Shown one piece after another: positions 15,883-30,200 of a stretch of DNA of 64,000 nt. The stretch covers positions 124,001 through 188,000 of the IMG/VR virus record IMGVR_UViG_3300024503_000485. One strand, written 5' to 3'. Position numbers and translations under genes: made by a program. The notes beneath the pieces were generated by a model that saw only the letters and a list, made by a program, of their open reading frames with translations, had not been told where the DNA came from and ran no database searches. Positions within the stretch are counted from its first letter, which is position 1; every line of letters begins with the position of its first letter.

Positions 15883-17385
15883 ATGGCAGAGTCAGTTAGA
15901 AAACCGCAGAATCAAAAATCTAGTCAAGGCATAGGCAACGGCCCTTATCTTGCTAAGGTGGTAAGCCATCTTGATCCTTCTTTTATGTCGGGATTAGAAG
16001 TTACACTACTTAGAGATTCTGCAAACGAAATTGGTGACGAAAGCCAAACATATCCTGTAAAATACTTAACACCATTTTATGGAAGTACTGCCTACGAATT
16101 TATGGGCAAAAACACCGGCAATGCAGATGCCTATCACGATACACAAAAATCCTACGGCATGTGGTTTACCCCACCGGATATTGGCGTAACCGTAATGGTT
16201 ATATTTGTAGATGGCAATCCTTCTGAAGGATATTTTATTGGTTGTGTTCCTAGCCGTTTTGCCAATAACATGATTCCAGCAATCGGCGGTACTGATGTGG
16301 TAGATATTTCGTCTACAGATAAATCTAAGTATTCAACTAGTATGCCGTTACCAGTTGCAGAAGTCAATAGAAAAGCCAACGATCTAACTAAAAGTACTGC
16401 GGTAGACAAGATTAAAAAACCAGTGCATCCTATGGCAGATAGATTTTTAGAACAAGGGTTAATTGAAGATGATGCACGAGGAGTAACTACATCTACCGTA
16501 AGACGAAATGTACCAAATATGGTTTTTGGTATTTTAACTCCAGGTCCATTAGATCAAAGAGACGGTGCTAAAAAATCAAATATTGGTAGAAAAGATTCTG
16601 CAACAATATCTCCGGTTCCGGTAGGCCGACTAGGAGGAACACAATTAGTATTTGACGACGGCGATGACAGATATTACCGAAAAACTTCTGCAGGTGAAGG
16701 AGGAGTTGAATATCTCGAAGGAAATAAGGGAGATAAAAATATTCCTTATAACGAATACTTTAGGGTACGTACAAGAACAGGCCATCAGTTGTTGATGCAC
16801 AATTCCGAAGATTTGATTTATATTGGTAATGCTAGAGGAACAGCCTGGGTTGAATTAACCAGCAATGGAAAAATAGATATCTATGCTCAAGATAGCATTA
16901 GTATTCACTCTGAACAAGATTTAAACATTCGTGCTGATAGAGATATTAATTTAGAAGCAGGAAGAAACTTTAATGTTAGAAGTGTATTAGGAGCAGTTCA
17001 TATTGATGCAACTACTAATTTAGAATTAGTTGTTGGAGCTAACGGATATCTAACAACAGCAGGAAGTATTCATTTAAATGCAACCGGCGATGCAAACATT
17101 ACAGCAGCAGGAAACAGCAATATAAAAAGTGCTCACCACTTTGAAACTGCAAGTGCTATTGACATGAACGGTCCAGCTGCAACACCTGCTACAAAAGCAT
17201 TGCCGTTAACTTTAAATGACAATTTAGTAACAGACGGAACACTTGATTGGGCTAAAACAAAATATATTAAACCTGATCCTGTTAAAAGTATTATGAAACG
17301 TATACCAATGCACGAACCGTGGCCTTTGCATGAAAATCAAGCGCCACAATTTGTTACTCCGGATAACACGGATAGGGATGCTTAA
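15883..17385 (+). CDS. Central spike protein, gp5/VgrG-like (OB fold plus beta-helix), no lysozyme domain
   Basis: OB-fold motif GMWFTPPDIGVTVMVIFVDG; RTRTGHQLLM; C-terminal beta-helix repeats. Confidence 0.75.
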   Translation: MAESVRKPQNQKSSQGIGNGPYLAKVVSHLDPSFMSGLEVTLLRDSANEIGDESQTYPVKYLTPFYGSTAYEFMGKNTGNADAYHDTQKSYGMWFTPPDIGVTVMVIFVDGNPSEGYFIGCVPSRFANNMIPAIGGTDVVDISSTDKSKYSTSMPLPVAEVNRKANDLTKSTAVDKIKKPVHPMADRFLEQGLIEDDARGVTTSTVRRNVPNMVFGILTPGPLDQRDGAKKSNIGRKDSATISPVPVGRLGGTQLVFDDGDDRYYRKTSAGEGGVEYLEGNKGDKNIPYNEYFRVRTRTGHQLLMHNSEDLIYIGNARGTAWVELTSNGKIDIYAQDSISIHSEQDLNIRADRDINLEAGRNFNVRSVLGAVHIDATTNLELVVGANGYLTTAGSIHLNATGDANITAAGNSNIKSAHHFETASAIDMNGPAATPATKALPLTLNDNLVTDGTLDWAKTKYIKPDPVKSIMKRIPMHEPWPLHENQAPQFVTPDNTDRDA

Positions 17386-17387
17386 TT

Positions 17388-17825
17388 ATGGCAAAATTAT
17401 ATAATCAAAAAACGGTTGCAAGTAATATAGCATCTGTTGGAAATCAAAATATTACAGAATTTACCTATAAAGGTTTTTGTTCAGCAGAAACAAAAAAAGG
17501 ATATAAACTCTATGACATCGATCTTGTTAAACAAGATCTAATTAATCATTTTTACATTCGTAAGGGCGAAAAGTTAGAAAACCCAGAATTTGGTACGGTC
17601 ATTTGGGATTTATTATTTGAACAATTTACAGAAGAAGTAAAAAAATTAATTGCTAAAGACGTTGAAGAAATTATTAACTACGACCCTAGAATTGCTGTTA
17701 ATTCAGTAATTGTCGATAGCACAGATCAAGGAATTCGAATAGAAGCAGAGTTAGTATATCTGCCTTTTAATGTTAGCGAGCGTATGACTTTTGACTTTGA
17801 CAAGTTAAATTACTCAGTTAACTGA
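17388..17825 (+). CDS. gp25: Baseplate wedge protein, gp25-like
   Basis: LINHFYIRKGEKLENPEFGT...LFE...YDPRI motif. Confidence 0.9.
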   Translation: MAKLYNQKTVASNIASVGNQNITEFTYKGFCSAETKKGYKLYDIDLVKQDLINHFYIRKGEKLENPEFGTVIWDLLFEQFTEEVKKLIAKDVEEIINYDPRIAVNSVIVDSTDQGIRIEAELVYLPFNVSERMTFDFDKLNYSVN

Positions 17826-17842
17826 CCAGTTTATTTTCCGCG

Positions 17843-17849
17843 ATAAATA
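17843..17849 (+). promoter_or_regulatory. Late promoter ATAAATA
   Basis: 17 nt upstream of the ATG at 17867. Confidence 0.65.
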
Positions 17850-17866
17850 TTGAATAGGACTATAAA

Positions 17867-20800
17867 ATGACAGCTACATCAAGACAAAATAACTTAATTC
17901 TCAACGAAGACTGGACTAGAATTTATCAGACATTTAAAAATGCTGACTTCAAATCCTACGACTTTGAAAATCTTCGCAGGGTCATTATTGAATATATTCG
18001 CGAAAATTATCCTGAAGATTTTAATGATTATATTGAATCAAGCGAATACTTAGCTTTAATTGACGCCATTGCATTTTTAGGACAGAGTTTAAGTTTCCGT
18101 ATTGACTTAGCTAGTCGTGAAAATTTTATTGAACTAGCAGAGCGTAAAGAAAGTGTTTTAAAACTTGCTAGGATGTTGAGTTATACTCCTAAAAGAAATA
18201 TTCCGTCAAAGGGATTGTTAAAATTTGACACCATATCAACAACTGAAGATATTGTTGATAGTAACGGAAAAAATTTATCTAAACAAATTATCATCTGGAA
18301 CGATCCTACTAATTCAAATTGGAGCGAGCAATTCCTATTGGTCCTTAATGCAGCTATGGCAGACAATACAGAGTTTGGCCGAAGCCAAGGATCTGGTACT
18401 ATTGACGGTATTAGAACAGAACAATATAGATTAAGAACATCTAACAGAGATATTCCATTATACACATTTAGTAAAAATGTTGCAGGAAGAAGAATGTCTT
18501 TCGAGCTTGTTAGCACAACCTTTAAAGGCAAAGAAGAAATTTATGAAGAAGCACCTACGCCTGCTAATCAACTAGGATTTATATATAAAAATGACAATAA
18601 AGGACCAGCAAGTTTAAACAATGGTTTCTTCTTAATGTTTAAACAAGGTAGTTTAGAATTAGCAGATTTCTCAATCGCAGTTCCTACGACAAATGAAAAA
18701 GTTTCTATTGACGCCGAAGGAATTAATAACAACGATATTTGGTTATATTCTTTAAACTCTGTTGGAGCACAAACAACAGAATGGTTGCAAGTTCCAAATT
18801 TAATTGGAAACAATATTGCTTATAATAGTTTGGTCAATCAGGTCAAGAACATTTATTCTGTTGTAACTAAAGACAAAGACAAAGTTGATTTATTATTCTC
18901 AGACGGAGTATACGGAAACTTACCTCAAGGTAATTTTAGAATTTATTATCGTGTTTCAAATGGTTTGAGTTACTCTATAACTCCTAGCGACATGCGAGGA
19001 ATCAGCATATCTATACCTTATGTTAATAAATTAGGATCAGCTCATACATTAACAATTAGTATGAGTTTAAAATATACCGTATCGTCCTCAACTCCAAGTG
19101 AAAGTATTGATAGTATTCGTGCAAATGCACCAGCATCTTATTATACACAAAACAGAATGATCACAGGCGAAGATTATAATCTTGCGCCTTTAACCAGCAG
19201 TCAAGATATTCTTAAAGTTAAAGCAATTAATAGAACATCGAGCGGTATTAGCAGAAATTTTGATATTATTGATGCCAGCGGAAAATATTCAAGTATTGAT
19301 GTATTCGCTGACGACGGTTTAATTTATAAAAACGAAGTTGAGACAACATTAGGGTTTAAATTTACAAATAAGATTGAAATTTATAACTTTATTAGAAATA
19401 CTATTGAGCCATTAATTGACAGCACTGATGTTTTTAATTTTTATATAACAAAATATACAAAAATTTTGTTTACGGATCCAACATCGGTTTGGAATTCAGT
19501 AACCACATCAACTAATAGTTCAACAGGATATTTTATTAGTGGAGTTGACTCGTCATTATTAAAAACAGGTGTTTATACAAATAATACTTTGAAATATCTT
19601 TTACCTGATTCAATAGTTAAATTTGTTCCGCCCGCCGGCAAAGCATTTAAAAACGGAAAACTTGTTACTCAAGATTTAACAGATCCTTTACAAAAATCAT
19701 ATATTTGGTCTAAGGTTGTTAGAGTTGTTGGTGACGGTACAAATGCGGGCCGTGGAGTATTAAGTACAGGCCTAGGCCCAATTACATTTAGTGATAATAT
19801 TCCTTCGGGTTCGGTAGCTTTTCAAATAGTACCAAAGTGGGTTTCAAATTTACCTAATGCATTTGAAACTGAAATGGCAAACCTTGCATTTTCAAATTTA
19901 AACTTTGGTTTGCGATACGATATTGAATCTGCCGCCTGGAAAATTATTACAGCCGCAAATCTAGATTTAATCAATAGTTTTAGTCTTGGTAAAGCAGGCG
20001 ACACATCAAACTCTGGAATTGATTCTTCATGGATCATAGCGTTTGTTAAAGAACCAGACAAGTATGTTGTCCACGTTAGAAGCATGGAATATATTTTTGC
20101 TAGTATTAGAAAAAATCGTTTCTATTTTGATTCAAATCAAAAAATCTACGATAGCAAAACAAACAAGGTTGTTAAAGATCAAATCAAGGTATTAGGAATT
20201 AATACCGACAACGGTCTTTTAGATTATCTAAAACAAGATCTTGTTTTTGAAATTAGTGATAGTATTCGTTTTGAAGATGGATATCAAAGCACCGATGCAA
20301 TTAAAATTGCGTTTGCTGATTCTGACGACGACGGAGTTATTGATGACCCAGACGAGTTTATTAGAATTGTTGGAGAAGATTCAGCAAATAAATTTTTGTT
20401 TTTCCAAGAAACGGTCGACGACACCGGAGCAAAAATATTTCAATATTTCGATAATACAAACAATGACATTGTATTAGCGGCTAAAGAAATTGACGTCAAG
20501 GTTACAGATTATACCGATGGCCAACTTGTATATTTTTATGACATTGCTGAAGATGTTGTAAAAATGGTTGATAGAACAACAAATACATTTGTTCTTCAAA
20601 GTAATTTTAGAGCAAACATTGGTAGGGCTGGAATTAAATTCCAATATCTGCACCATGCAAATGTTGACCGCCGTATCGATCCAAGCGTAAGTAATATTAT
20701 TGATGTGTATCTATTAACACGTTCTTATGACACAGATTTTAGAAATTACTTGCAAGGTGTGTTAACAAAAATGCCCGAACCGCCAACAACAGAAAGTTTA

Positions 20801-21274
20801 AGAATTGCATTTGGCGGAAACTTGAGTGCAATTAAATCTATAAGCGATGATATTGTATATCATCCAGTTTCATATAAAGTGTTATTCGGAAAAACCGCAG
20901 ATGAAAAATTACAAGCAATATTTAAAATTGTTAAAAACTCATCAAAGACAATCAACGATAACGATTTAAAGGTTAGAATTATTGCAGCGATCAATGAATT
21001 TTTTGATTCGGCAAATTGGGACTTTGGAGATAAATTTTATCTTTCAGAATTAATAACCTATGTGATTAATTCAACAGCGCCTGACATTACTAACATGGTT
21101 ATTGTACCAAGACAACAATCTCAGGTGTTTGGTAGTCTGTTTGAAATTCAAAGTAGAGCAGATGAAATTTTTGTAAGCGGTGCTACCGTAGATGATATAG
21201 AAATAGTAACATCTATTAATGCAGCAGAAATTGGTGCAATTTCTGGAACAATTATTACTTCAACGAGTACTTAA
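17867..21274 (+). CDS. gp6: Baseplate wedge subunit, gp6-like
   Basis: DFENLR...FNDYIESSE...ENFIELAER..SVLKLARMLSY; ESIDSIRANAP...QNRMITGEDY. Confidence 0.9.
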   Translation: MTATSRQNNLILNEDWTRIYQTFKNADFKSYDFENLRRVIIEYIRENYPEDFNDYIESSEYLALIDAIAFLGQSLSFRIDLASRENFIELAERKESVLKLARMLSYTPKRNIPSKGLLKFDTISTTEDIVDSNGKNLSKQIIIWNDPTNSNWSEQFLLVLNAAMADNTEFGRSQGSGTIDGIRTEQYRLRTSNRDIPLYTFSKNVAGRRMSFELVSTTFKGKEEIYEEAPTPANQLGFIYKNDNKGPASLNNGFFLMFKQGSLELADFSIAVPTTNEKVSIDAEGINNNDIWLYSLNSVGAQTTEWLQVPNLIGNNIAYNSLVNQVKNIYSVVTKDKDKVDLLFSDGVYGNLPQGNFRIYYRVSNGLSYSITPSDMRGISISIPYVNKLGSAHTLTISMSLKYTVSSSTPSESIDSIRANAPASYYTQNRMITGEDYNLAPLTSSQDILKVKAINRTSSGISRNFDIIDASGKYSSIDVFADDGLIYKNEVETTLGFKFTNKIEIYNFIRNTIEPLIDSTDVFNFYITKYTKILFTDPTSVWNSVTTSTNSSTGYFISGVDSSLLKTGVYTNNTLKYLLPDSIVKFVPPAGKAFKNGKLVTQDLTDPLQKSYIWSKVVRVVGDGTNAGRGVLSTGLGPITFSDNIPSGSVAFQIVPKWVSNLPNAFETEMANLAFSNLNFGLRYDIESAAWKIITAANLDLINSFSLGKAGDTSNSGIDSSWIIAFVKEPDKYVVHVRSMEYIFASIRKNRFYFDSNQKIYDSKTNKVVKDQIKVLGINTDNGLLDYLKQDLVFEISDSIRFEDGYQSTDAIKIAFADSDDDGVIDDPDEFIRIVGEDSANKFLFFQETVDDTGAKIFQYFDNTNNDIVLAAKEIDVKVTDYTDGQLVYFYDIAEDVVKMVDRTTNTFVLQSNFRANIGRAGIKFQYLHHANVDRRIDPSVSNIIDVYLLTRSYDTDFRNYLQGVLTKMPEPPTTESLRIAFGGNLSAIKSISDDIVYHPVSYKVLFGKTADEKLQAIFKIVKNSSKTINDNDLKVRIIAAINEFFDSANWDFGDKFYLSELITYVINSTAPDITNMVIVPRQQSQVFGSLFEIQSRADEIFVSGATVDDIEIVTSINAAEIGAISGTIITSTST

Positions 21275-21276
21275 GA

Positions 21277-24200
21277 ATGGCAAAGTTTTTTCCAAAAAGT
21301 CAATTACCTATTAGAAAGTCATCTGATTTATTACCAAAGGTATTTCAAACAGATGCTAATGATAAATTTTTATCCGGCGTTTTAGATCCGTTACTGCAAC
21401 CTGGTACACTAGAGAAGAACGTAGGATATGTTGGGCGTAGATACGGTAAAACATACAACGGCTCAGACATTTATTTAGATACCGACGCTACTCTTAGAAG
21501 TAGATATCAGTTGGAGCCTGGCGTTGTTCTTAAAAAAGATGGTAAGACACAAAATTTTTATGACTTCATTGACTTTAAAAATATTTTAAAATATTTTGGA
21601 AATAATGAAGATAGAGATGATCTAATTGATCAACACCAGCACTATAGTTGGAACCCTCCTGTTGACTGGGATAAGTTTATTAATTATAGAGAATATTTTT
21701 GGATGCCAAGCGGTCCTCCACCAATTAGAATTTTAGGCCAAAGTTCTTCTGTAATAAGCACATATAGAGTTAAGCTCGGAGAAGCGTCTTCTTTTATTTT
21801 TTCTCCAGACGGCTATACAAACAATCCTAGAATAACATTATATAGAGGACAAAAATACAAATTTATTGTAAATGTTCCGGGTAACGGATTTGTTATTAGA
21901 ACATCATATGATACTGGTTCATTGACATTTAATCCTGATTTATTCTATCCTCAAGGATCTATTGTTGTATTCAATGGTTCTGTATGGAAAGCAAAAGTTC
22001 CAGTATCTCCGGCCGACGGTAGCACAATAACAACAGAATCTCAAGACTGGGAATTTGTTGAAATTGTAAATGCAAATTCAGCAGCACTTGACTACACTAA
22101 AGGAATTACAAATTTTGGCATTGAGAATGGAACACTAACATTTGATGTGCCTTACGATGCGCCGGATATTCTTTATTATCAAAGTATTACTGATCCAAAT
22201 AAATTTGGTCAGTTTATTATTTCCGACATTGAAGAAAATTCAAAAATTAATATTAACGATGATATTATTGGAAAGACAACATATACAAGTAGCAACGGAA
22301 TTGAACTAAGCAATGGTATGATTGTTAATTTTGGCGGTGTTGTTACCCCAGAGAAATATTCAAAAGGAAATTGGTTAGTTGAAGGTGTTGGTAAAGCAAT
22401 CTCATTGACCAACTTTGATGATTTAGTTGTTCCTGTATTAACATCAGATGTTCCAGAAGTATTATTTGATAATGAAGGTTTTGACACAGCACCTTTTGAT
22501 GATGCAAGCTCGTATCCGGGAACAAAAGATTATATCACAATAGCTAAAAGTAGTAAAGATTTAAATCCTTGGTCACGATATAATCGTTGGTTTCATAGAA
22601 GTGTATTGGAACTTTCTTTTAAATTATCAGGAGAAGATTTTTACCACGACGAAGCAGCTAGAGCAAAACGTCCTATTATAGAATTTTTACCAAATTTAAA
22701 ATTATACGAACACGGAGTATTTGCTAAGGAAACCGTAGATTACATTGACACATTTACGTCAGACGTATTTTCTAAAATTGAAGGAAGTACTGGTTATAGT
22801 ATTGACGGTGAGCCGTTGTTTAACGGAGCAAGAATTCTTGTAACGGCCGACACTGATAGTTTAGCTAATAATAAAATTTATCAAGTTAAATTCTTCACTC
22901 AAAACGGTCAAAATCAAATCACCTTAATAAAAGTTGATGATACTGAATCCATCATTGGAGAAACCTTATTAGTTCGCCGTGGAAAGAAAAATAAAGGAAC
23001 AATGTTCTACTATGATGGAACCGCTTGGTTAAGTAGCCAAGAAAAAACTAAAGTTAATCAAGCACCTTTATTTGATGCATTTGATGAAAATGGTGTAAGT
23101 TTTTCTGATAAAGATACGTATCCAGTTTCAACATTCCGCGGTACTAAAATTTTAGCATACAAAGAAAGCACAGGAGTTGTTGACCTAGAACTTGGATTTC
23201 CAATTAGCTATCTTAATATCAGCAACGTTGGAGATATAAGTTTTGAATTTGTATGGGATATAGAATCCTTTACCTATGAAGTTTTAAGAAAATCATATTC
23301 AAAAAATATTAATACTGGTTTCTGTAAATTTAACCTAACAGACGAATATGTTAATCATTGGATTGAAACTGAACAAAAATATCTACAACCAATCATTGAT
23401 TCGCAGGTAATTACCACAGCAACTGACACGGTTTATTTTAATACCGTTGATTGGTTTAAAGTAACTGATCAAGACGAAATTTATTTTTATAAGAACGGAG
23501 AGCGTTATACAGAATCATATACAAGACAAGGTGGAAATTTTATTTTTGCTACACCGTTTGCTGTAAAAGATGTTCTTGTAATAAAAATATTTTGTAATTT
23601 AATTCCAGAAGAAGGATATTATGAAATTCCTGTAGGTTTGGAAAAAAATCCGTTAAACAACGAACTAACAGATTTTACGTTTGGACAAGCAGTTGATCAT
23701 ATTTCGTCTGGATTAGAATTTTACAATGGATTCTCTGGACTTGTTGTAGGAAATAATTCTTTAAGAGACATTCATGGATTCCAGGCATATACTAAGAGAT
23801 TTTTAAAACATGAAAGTGTGGCACCTGTTGCATTAACATTGCTAGTTGATAAGCAGGTTAATTTAATTAAAGCTCTCCGATATGCTAAAAAGTCTTATAC
23901 TGATTTTAAACATAATTTTATTAAAATTTCTGGAGAATTAGATTTTGATGGAGATATTCCAAAGCTAGTTGACAATATTATTAATGAATTAACAAGAGGT
24001 AAAAATCCTTCAAGCCCGTTTGTAAATTCTGATATGATCGGTAGCGGAGCATATACAAATTTAATTTACGAAGTTGAAGATCCAGATATTAACACATTTG
24101 TTATTTCAGATAAATTTGATTTAAAAACTTTAAGTAATCGAGCTGTCTACCTATACATTAATAATCAACAATTAATTAATGGATTTGATTACGAATTTAA

Positions 24201-27200
24201 TAGTGACTTTTCTTTTGTTAATATTTTAAAAACACTTAATGTTGGAGACATACTTGAAATTAGAGAATATGTTTCTTCAGGATTTAATCATATCCCTCAA
24301 ACACCGACAAAGATTGGATTGTTTAAAAAGTTTGTACCTGAAAAATTCTTAGATGACACCTTTGTTGAACCAAAATATATGATTCAAGGACACGACGGTA
24401 GCCTTACAACAGCATTTAATGACTATCGAGACGATGCGCTTCTTGAATTAGAATTAAGAATTTTTAATAACATCAAAAAAGAATATGATGAAAATATATT
24501 TGATATTGATGCAACCGCTGGCGGATATTATAAGACTGGAATATTTGAATACAATCAAATTATACAAATAAACACACAAGAATTTTTAAAATGGATTGCA
24601 GATACAAATATCGATTATGTAAGTAATAGCTATTTTGACAGCGAAAATTCTTTCACTTATACATATTCTAATATGTCTGACCCAGCCGGATTAGAAAATT
24701 TACCAGGTTGGTGGAGAGGAGTCTACAAGTATTTTTACGATACAGATCGTCCACATCGCTGCCCATGGGAAATGTTAGGATTTTCTATTAAACCGACATG
24801 GTGGGAAAGTGAATACGGACCTGCACCATACACTAGAAACAATTTACTTTTATGGGAAGACCTGGCTGCCGGCCTAATTAGACAAGGTCCAAGAGCAGGT
24901 GTTCATAAACGATATGTAAGATCTACTTTGTTAACACACATTCCTGTAGATGGAGATGGTAAACTATTAAGCCCTCTAGATTCAAATCTAGCACAAAATT
25001 TTTCTTTGATTAATAATCAAGGGGATTTTAACTTTGGCGATATTTCCCCTGCAGAACATGCATGGTATAGCAGTAGTGAATATCCATTTGCAACAATTAT
25101 TGGAATGGCATTGTTAAGACCTTTTGAATTTGTAGGCAAAAATTTTGACAATTCAAAAATTGTAAGAAACAAATTAAATCAATTAGTACATACCGATACA
25201 GGTATCTTTGTTAAAGTTGAAGATTTAGTTGGATCAAGTTCTGGCGGATATTTAACCAGCGGATTAGTTTCTTATATTGTAGATTATTTAAAGAGCCATA
25301 ATATTAATGAAAATGTGTTGCAGGAAAAATTAGATGAAATCGATGTTTACCTAACACATAGATTATCTGGATTTGTTGATCAAACACAACAACGATTTAT
25401 TTTAGATTCAAAAAATCCTAATTCTACTTCGGCAAATATTTTTGTTCCGGTAGAAAATCAGGAAATTTATTATAATGTTAGTGCTCCAATTGCAAGTATA
25501 ATTTATAGCGCGGTCATTGTTGAAAAAATGACCAACGGTTGGAAAATTAGCGGCTATGACTTTTTAGATCCGCATTTTACATATTTTGCTCCGGTGATTA
25601 GTCAAATAGATCCTCTTATTTCAGTTGGCGGAGTTTCTGAAAATTTTGTTAATTGGACAGAAGATAAATTTTATGGAAATGGTGTAGTAGCAAGATATAA
25701 TAATGAATATTATAGAAGTGTTAAAAGCCATCAAAGCGGATCCACATTTGATTTAACCCTGTGGAAAAAACTTCCAGACCTTCCTAAGAAAGACGACGTT
25801 CAAGCATTTAAGAGAAGAACATTTAACACCATAAGAGAACAAAAAATAAGTTATGGAACTACCATCGGCACAATCCAAGGAGTAGTTGATTTCTTATTAG
25901 GTTATGAACAATATCTAATTTCTAAAGGATTTAAATTTGATAGATACGATACAGACAGCAAGGTAACTCAAGATTGGTTCACTAGTGCTAAAGAATTTAT
26001 GTACTGGACACAGCATAATTGGGCTCCTGGATCTTTATTAACTTTAAGTCCTGCTGCTGAAAAAATGGATGTATCTTATCCAATTGGTGTTCCTGATAAT
26101 CTATTAGATAGCTTTTATGAATATCAAGTGTTTAGAGGTGACGGTCAGCCATTGACTCCTAATTTCTTAAACATAAAAAGAGATTTTCAAAATATAACTA
26201 TTGAAACTACAAACACAGCAGAAGGAATTTATTTCTTTAAAGCTCACTTAGTGTTAAAAGAACACGTTGCTATTTTCGATGACCGAACCGTTTTCAATGA
26301 TGTTATCTATGATAAAACAACAGGCTATCGTCAAGAAAGAGTTAAGGCAAGAGGTTTTAGAACCGTTGACTGGGACGGTGATTATACAAGTCCCGGATTC
26401 TTATTTGATAATGTTAATATTATAGCATGGCAACCTTATACTGATTACAGATTGGGTGATATAGTTAATTACAAAAGTTATAACTGGGTAACAAAATCTA
26501 ATCACACATCTACCGATCAATTTGTAAATGCATTCTGGACTAAACTTGATTCAACACCGAACAAGAGATTAGTTCCAAACTTTGATTATAGAATTAATCA
26601 ATTTGAAGATTATTATAATCTTGATGCAGATGGTCTTGGGTCAAGCCAACGAGATCTTGGTCGACACGCCATCGGTTATCAAACTAGAGAATACTTACAA
26701 AATCTTGCAGAAGATGACGTAACACAATTTCAGTTATATCAAGGTTTTATTAGAGAAAAAGGTACATTAAATGCCGCTGTTAAAATATTTGATAAACTAA
26801 GCAAAACAACAGAAGATAGTATTGTTTTAAACGAAGAATGGGCGTTTAATGTTGGTACCTTAGGCGGAGTAGACGAGTTAAATGAAGTTGAATTTGCATT
26901 TAATAAAGACTCCTTACAAGTAAATCCTCAGCCAATGATATTTGTGTCATCGGCTTATACAGGAGTAATACTTGATCAATATCTAAGAATCCCTGCATCG
27001 GACTTTACAAATGCTCCGTCGCCTTTTACAACTTCGATTATTCCTAAAACAGATTTTGATCAATTTCAGTCTGCGGGTTACGTAAAACTTGACCAAGTTG
27101 ATTTTGTTATTAAGAATAGATCAGATTTAGAAACATTAGATATTACACAAGTAAAAGACGGCGACCATTTTTGGATTACATTCGATAATTCAGCATGGAC

Positions 27201-30200
27201 GGTTTTAAGATTTACTAGAAAGCCATTATTAACTTTAATTTCAGCAATTAAAACAGGTACAACAATTGAAATTACATTTAATCGTAGACACGCTTTTATT
27301 GTTGACGATTACATTGGCATTAACGATGTTCCTAACCTAACCGGCTTTTATAAAATTAATGAAGTAACTCTTACTTCTGTTATCATTGCCTGCGCATCTG
27401 ATGCTAAAGATCCATTAGTTGATACAAGTACATTAATTCGTGTTTACGGATTAGACAATGTTAGATTTTCTTCTGGATCGGATATAGATCAAGAATATGT
27501 TGCATTATTGCCTAACAATTCAAAATTGTGGTTTGATTCTAATGATAACGGACTATGGGAAGTTGTACAAAAAAATAAAGTCTTTAGCTATAAATCCTTA
27601 ACTGATTATGGAACTACCGTGCCCGAAGGAACAGGACATGCAGTTTGTTATGTTGAAAGATTACAACAAACTATTACAAGCATGCCTTCAAATTCAATGG
27701 TTCTTGTTTATGTTGAGGGACCTACAGGTTTAAAAATTAAACAGACATTTGCCCCTGAGCCTGAACTATATTTGTTGCTTTCTAATTCTTTTGGAGAAGA
27801 ACTTGCAGTAAGTCCTGACGGACATTTCTTAGCAGTTGGATGTCCTAGAGCATCGGGCGTGCCTTCAGCATATATTGGTGTTTTTGATCCTACAGCAAAT
27901 TATGAAATAGGTGATGTTGTTGAATATGCTGGAAAATTGTGGAAGGCTACAACAGCAGTAGTAGGAGACGGCAGTACAATTGATATTCAAAGTAATGATT
28001 GGGAGCCTACATCTTTATTAACTTATGATCCAAATTTTGGCCGTGGCGAAGGATTTAGAAATCAAGGAGCTGTTTCGATTTATGTTTGGAATAATCAAAA
28101 CTGGTCATTAACAACTACACTAGTAAGTCCAAGACCTGCGTTTGATGAAAATTTTGGATCTAATATTTCTATTTCAAAATCTGGTTCAGATTATTGGATG
28201 GCTGTTTCAGCTCCTGGTTCGTTAGATAGCAGGGGTAGAATTTATCTTTACAGGTATAATAGTGAAACTTTGGCCTGGGAACAACACGAAAATAACAATT
28301 ATATTGGAGTATATGTTTCAGATCCTGCTAGACAATATCCAAAAGGATCAATTGTATGGTGGAATAATTCCTACTGGAAAGCGGTTGAGGATACCAACGG
28401 TGACGGTAGTACCATTAGTATCAGTTCACCCGACTGGATAAAAATTGATGACATATCTAGTCAATCATCTTTACCAACAAACGTTTCTATTGAAGATGAC
28501 GGATCAACAATTTCGTCTGGATTATTAAGTGAAAGTGATCTAGCAGAACTTACAAAACAAGGTGATATGTTTGGTTCTGCAATGGCAATGAATAAAGATG
28601 GATCTATATTAGTTGTCGGTGTTGCTGATAGTGATGGTATTTACTTTGCAAATTATAAAGGAATCTGGTCAGCCACCCAAGAATATATTGCAGGAGATGT
28701 TGTAAAATATCAAGGTTACTATCATAGACTAACAAATGTTCGTCCTGAAGATCCTGTAGATTCAGCAACCTATAGAAGTTTTGGAGAATACCCAGACGAT
28801 GGATTGCCATGGACTAACGTGGGCGACAGCACTATTCCGTATTCAACAGGTAAAGTTTATATCTACCAAAGAGATAGTAATAGTGTTTACAAACTAAAAC
28901 AAACAATAACTGCTGGATCAATTGGATTATTTGATGATACTGGCAATAACGAATCTATCACCGTTGGTGATAAATTTGGATTCTCTGTTGATGTTGATGC
29001 AACAGGTCAACACATTGTTATTAGTGCTCCTCAGGCAGATATTAATTTACAAAATCAAGGTGCAGTATATTATTTCTCTGCAACTAGTTTAACAAATCCA
29101 GAATGGAGATTAAAACAAAAATTAGAAAGTTTTGAAGAATATAATAATTTGTTGTTTGGTTCTGATGTATCTATTAGTTCTGGAACAGAAAGAATAGTTG
29201 TTGGCGCAAAAAATGCTCCATACAAATCTTATGCATATTTTGAAACAGGAACTACATTTGATAAAAATTCAACAATATTTTCAACATTTAACGGTTATTC
29301 GGGACAGGTATATTCTTTTGAAAGAGTTAGTGGAAAATATTTCTTAACAGAAAAATTAGAAGCAGACGTAACCAATAATGAATCTTTTGGTTATGCCATT
29401 GATGCAACATCCGATGTTATTGTAGTTGGTTCTCCTAACTACAATAACGGTGACGGTTTAGTTAGAACATTTAGAAAAGATACTTCTGTTAAATCTTTAA
29501 AAACATTAGCCGTTCAAGAACAATTAATTGATATTTCTAAAATTAAAAATATTTCTTTAATTGATGCAGATAAAAATGTTAAGATAAGCGACATTGATTT
29601 TATTGATCCAATTAAATTAAAAATATTAGGACTTGCAGAACAGGAACTTAATTTTAAAACACCGTACGATCCAGCAATTTATACCAACGGAACAGAAGAA
29701 ACCGTAGTAGATCCTGACGCAGCTTGGTTTACAAAGAACGTTGGAAAACTATGGTGGAATTTAAACACAGCTAAGTGGTTGTACTATGAGCAAGGCGATA
29801 TTGCTTATAGAAACGGTAATTGGGGACAATTAGCTAAAGGATCTACTATTGATGTTTATGAATGGGTTGAAACTACTCTATTACCTAGCGAATGGAGTGC
29901 CCTTGCTGACACCACTGCAGGATTAACTGAAGGAATCTCTGGACAGCCATTATATCCTAATGATGATGTATATTCTGTAAAACAATTTTATAATGAAATT
30001 ACACAACAGGTAACAGAAATAAAATATTATTATTGGGTTAAGGGCAGCACCGTTGTCCCACAAAAAGTTAATAGAAAATTGTCAGCAGGAGAAGTTGCAG
30101 CGTTGATTGAGACGCCAATTTCAAGCGGATATCCAATATTAGCATTGTTAGATAGTGATAAAATTTTAGCATACAATTTTAATAAATTTGTAACTTCTGG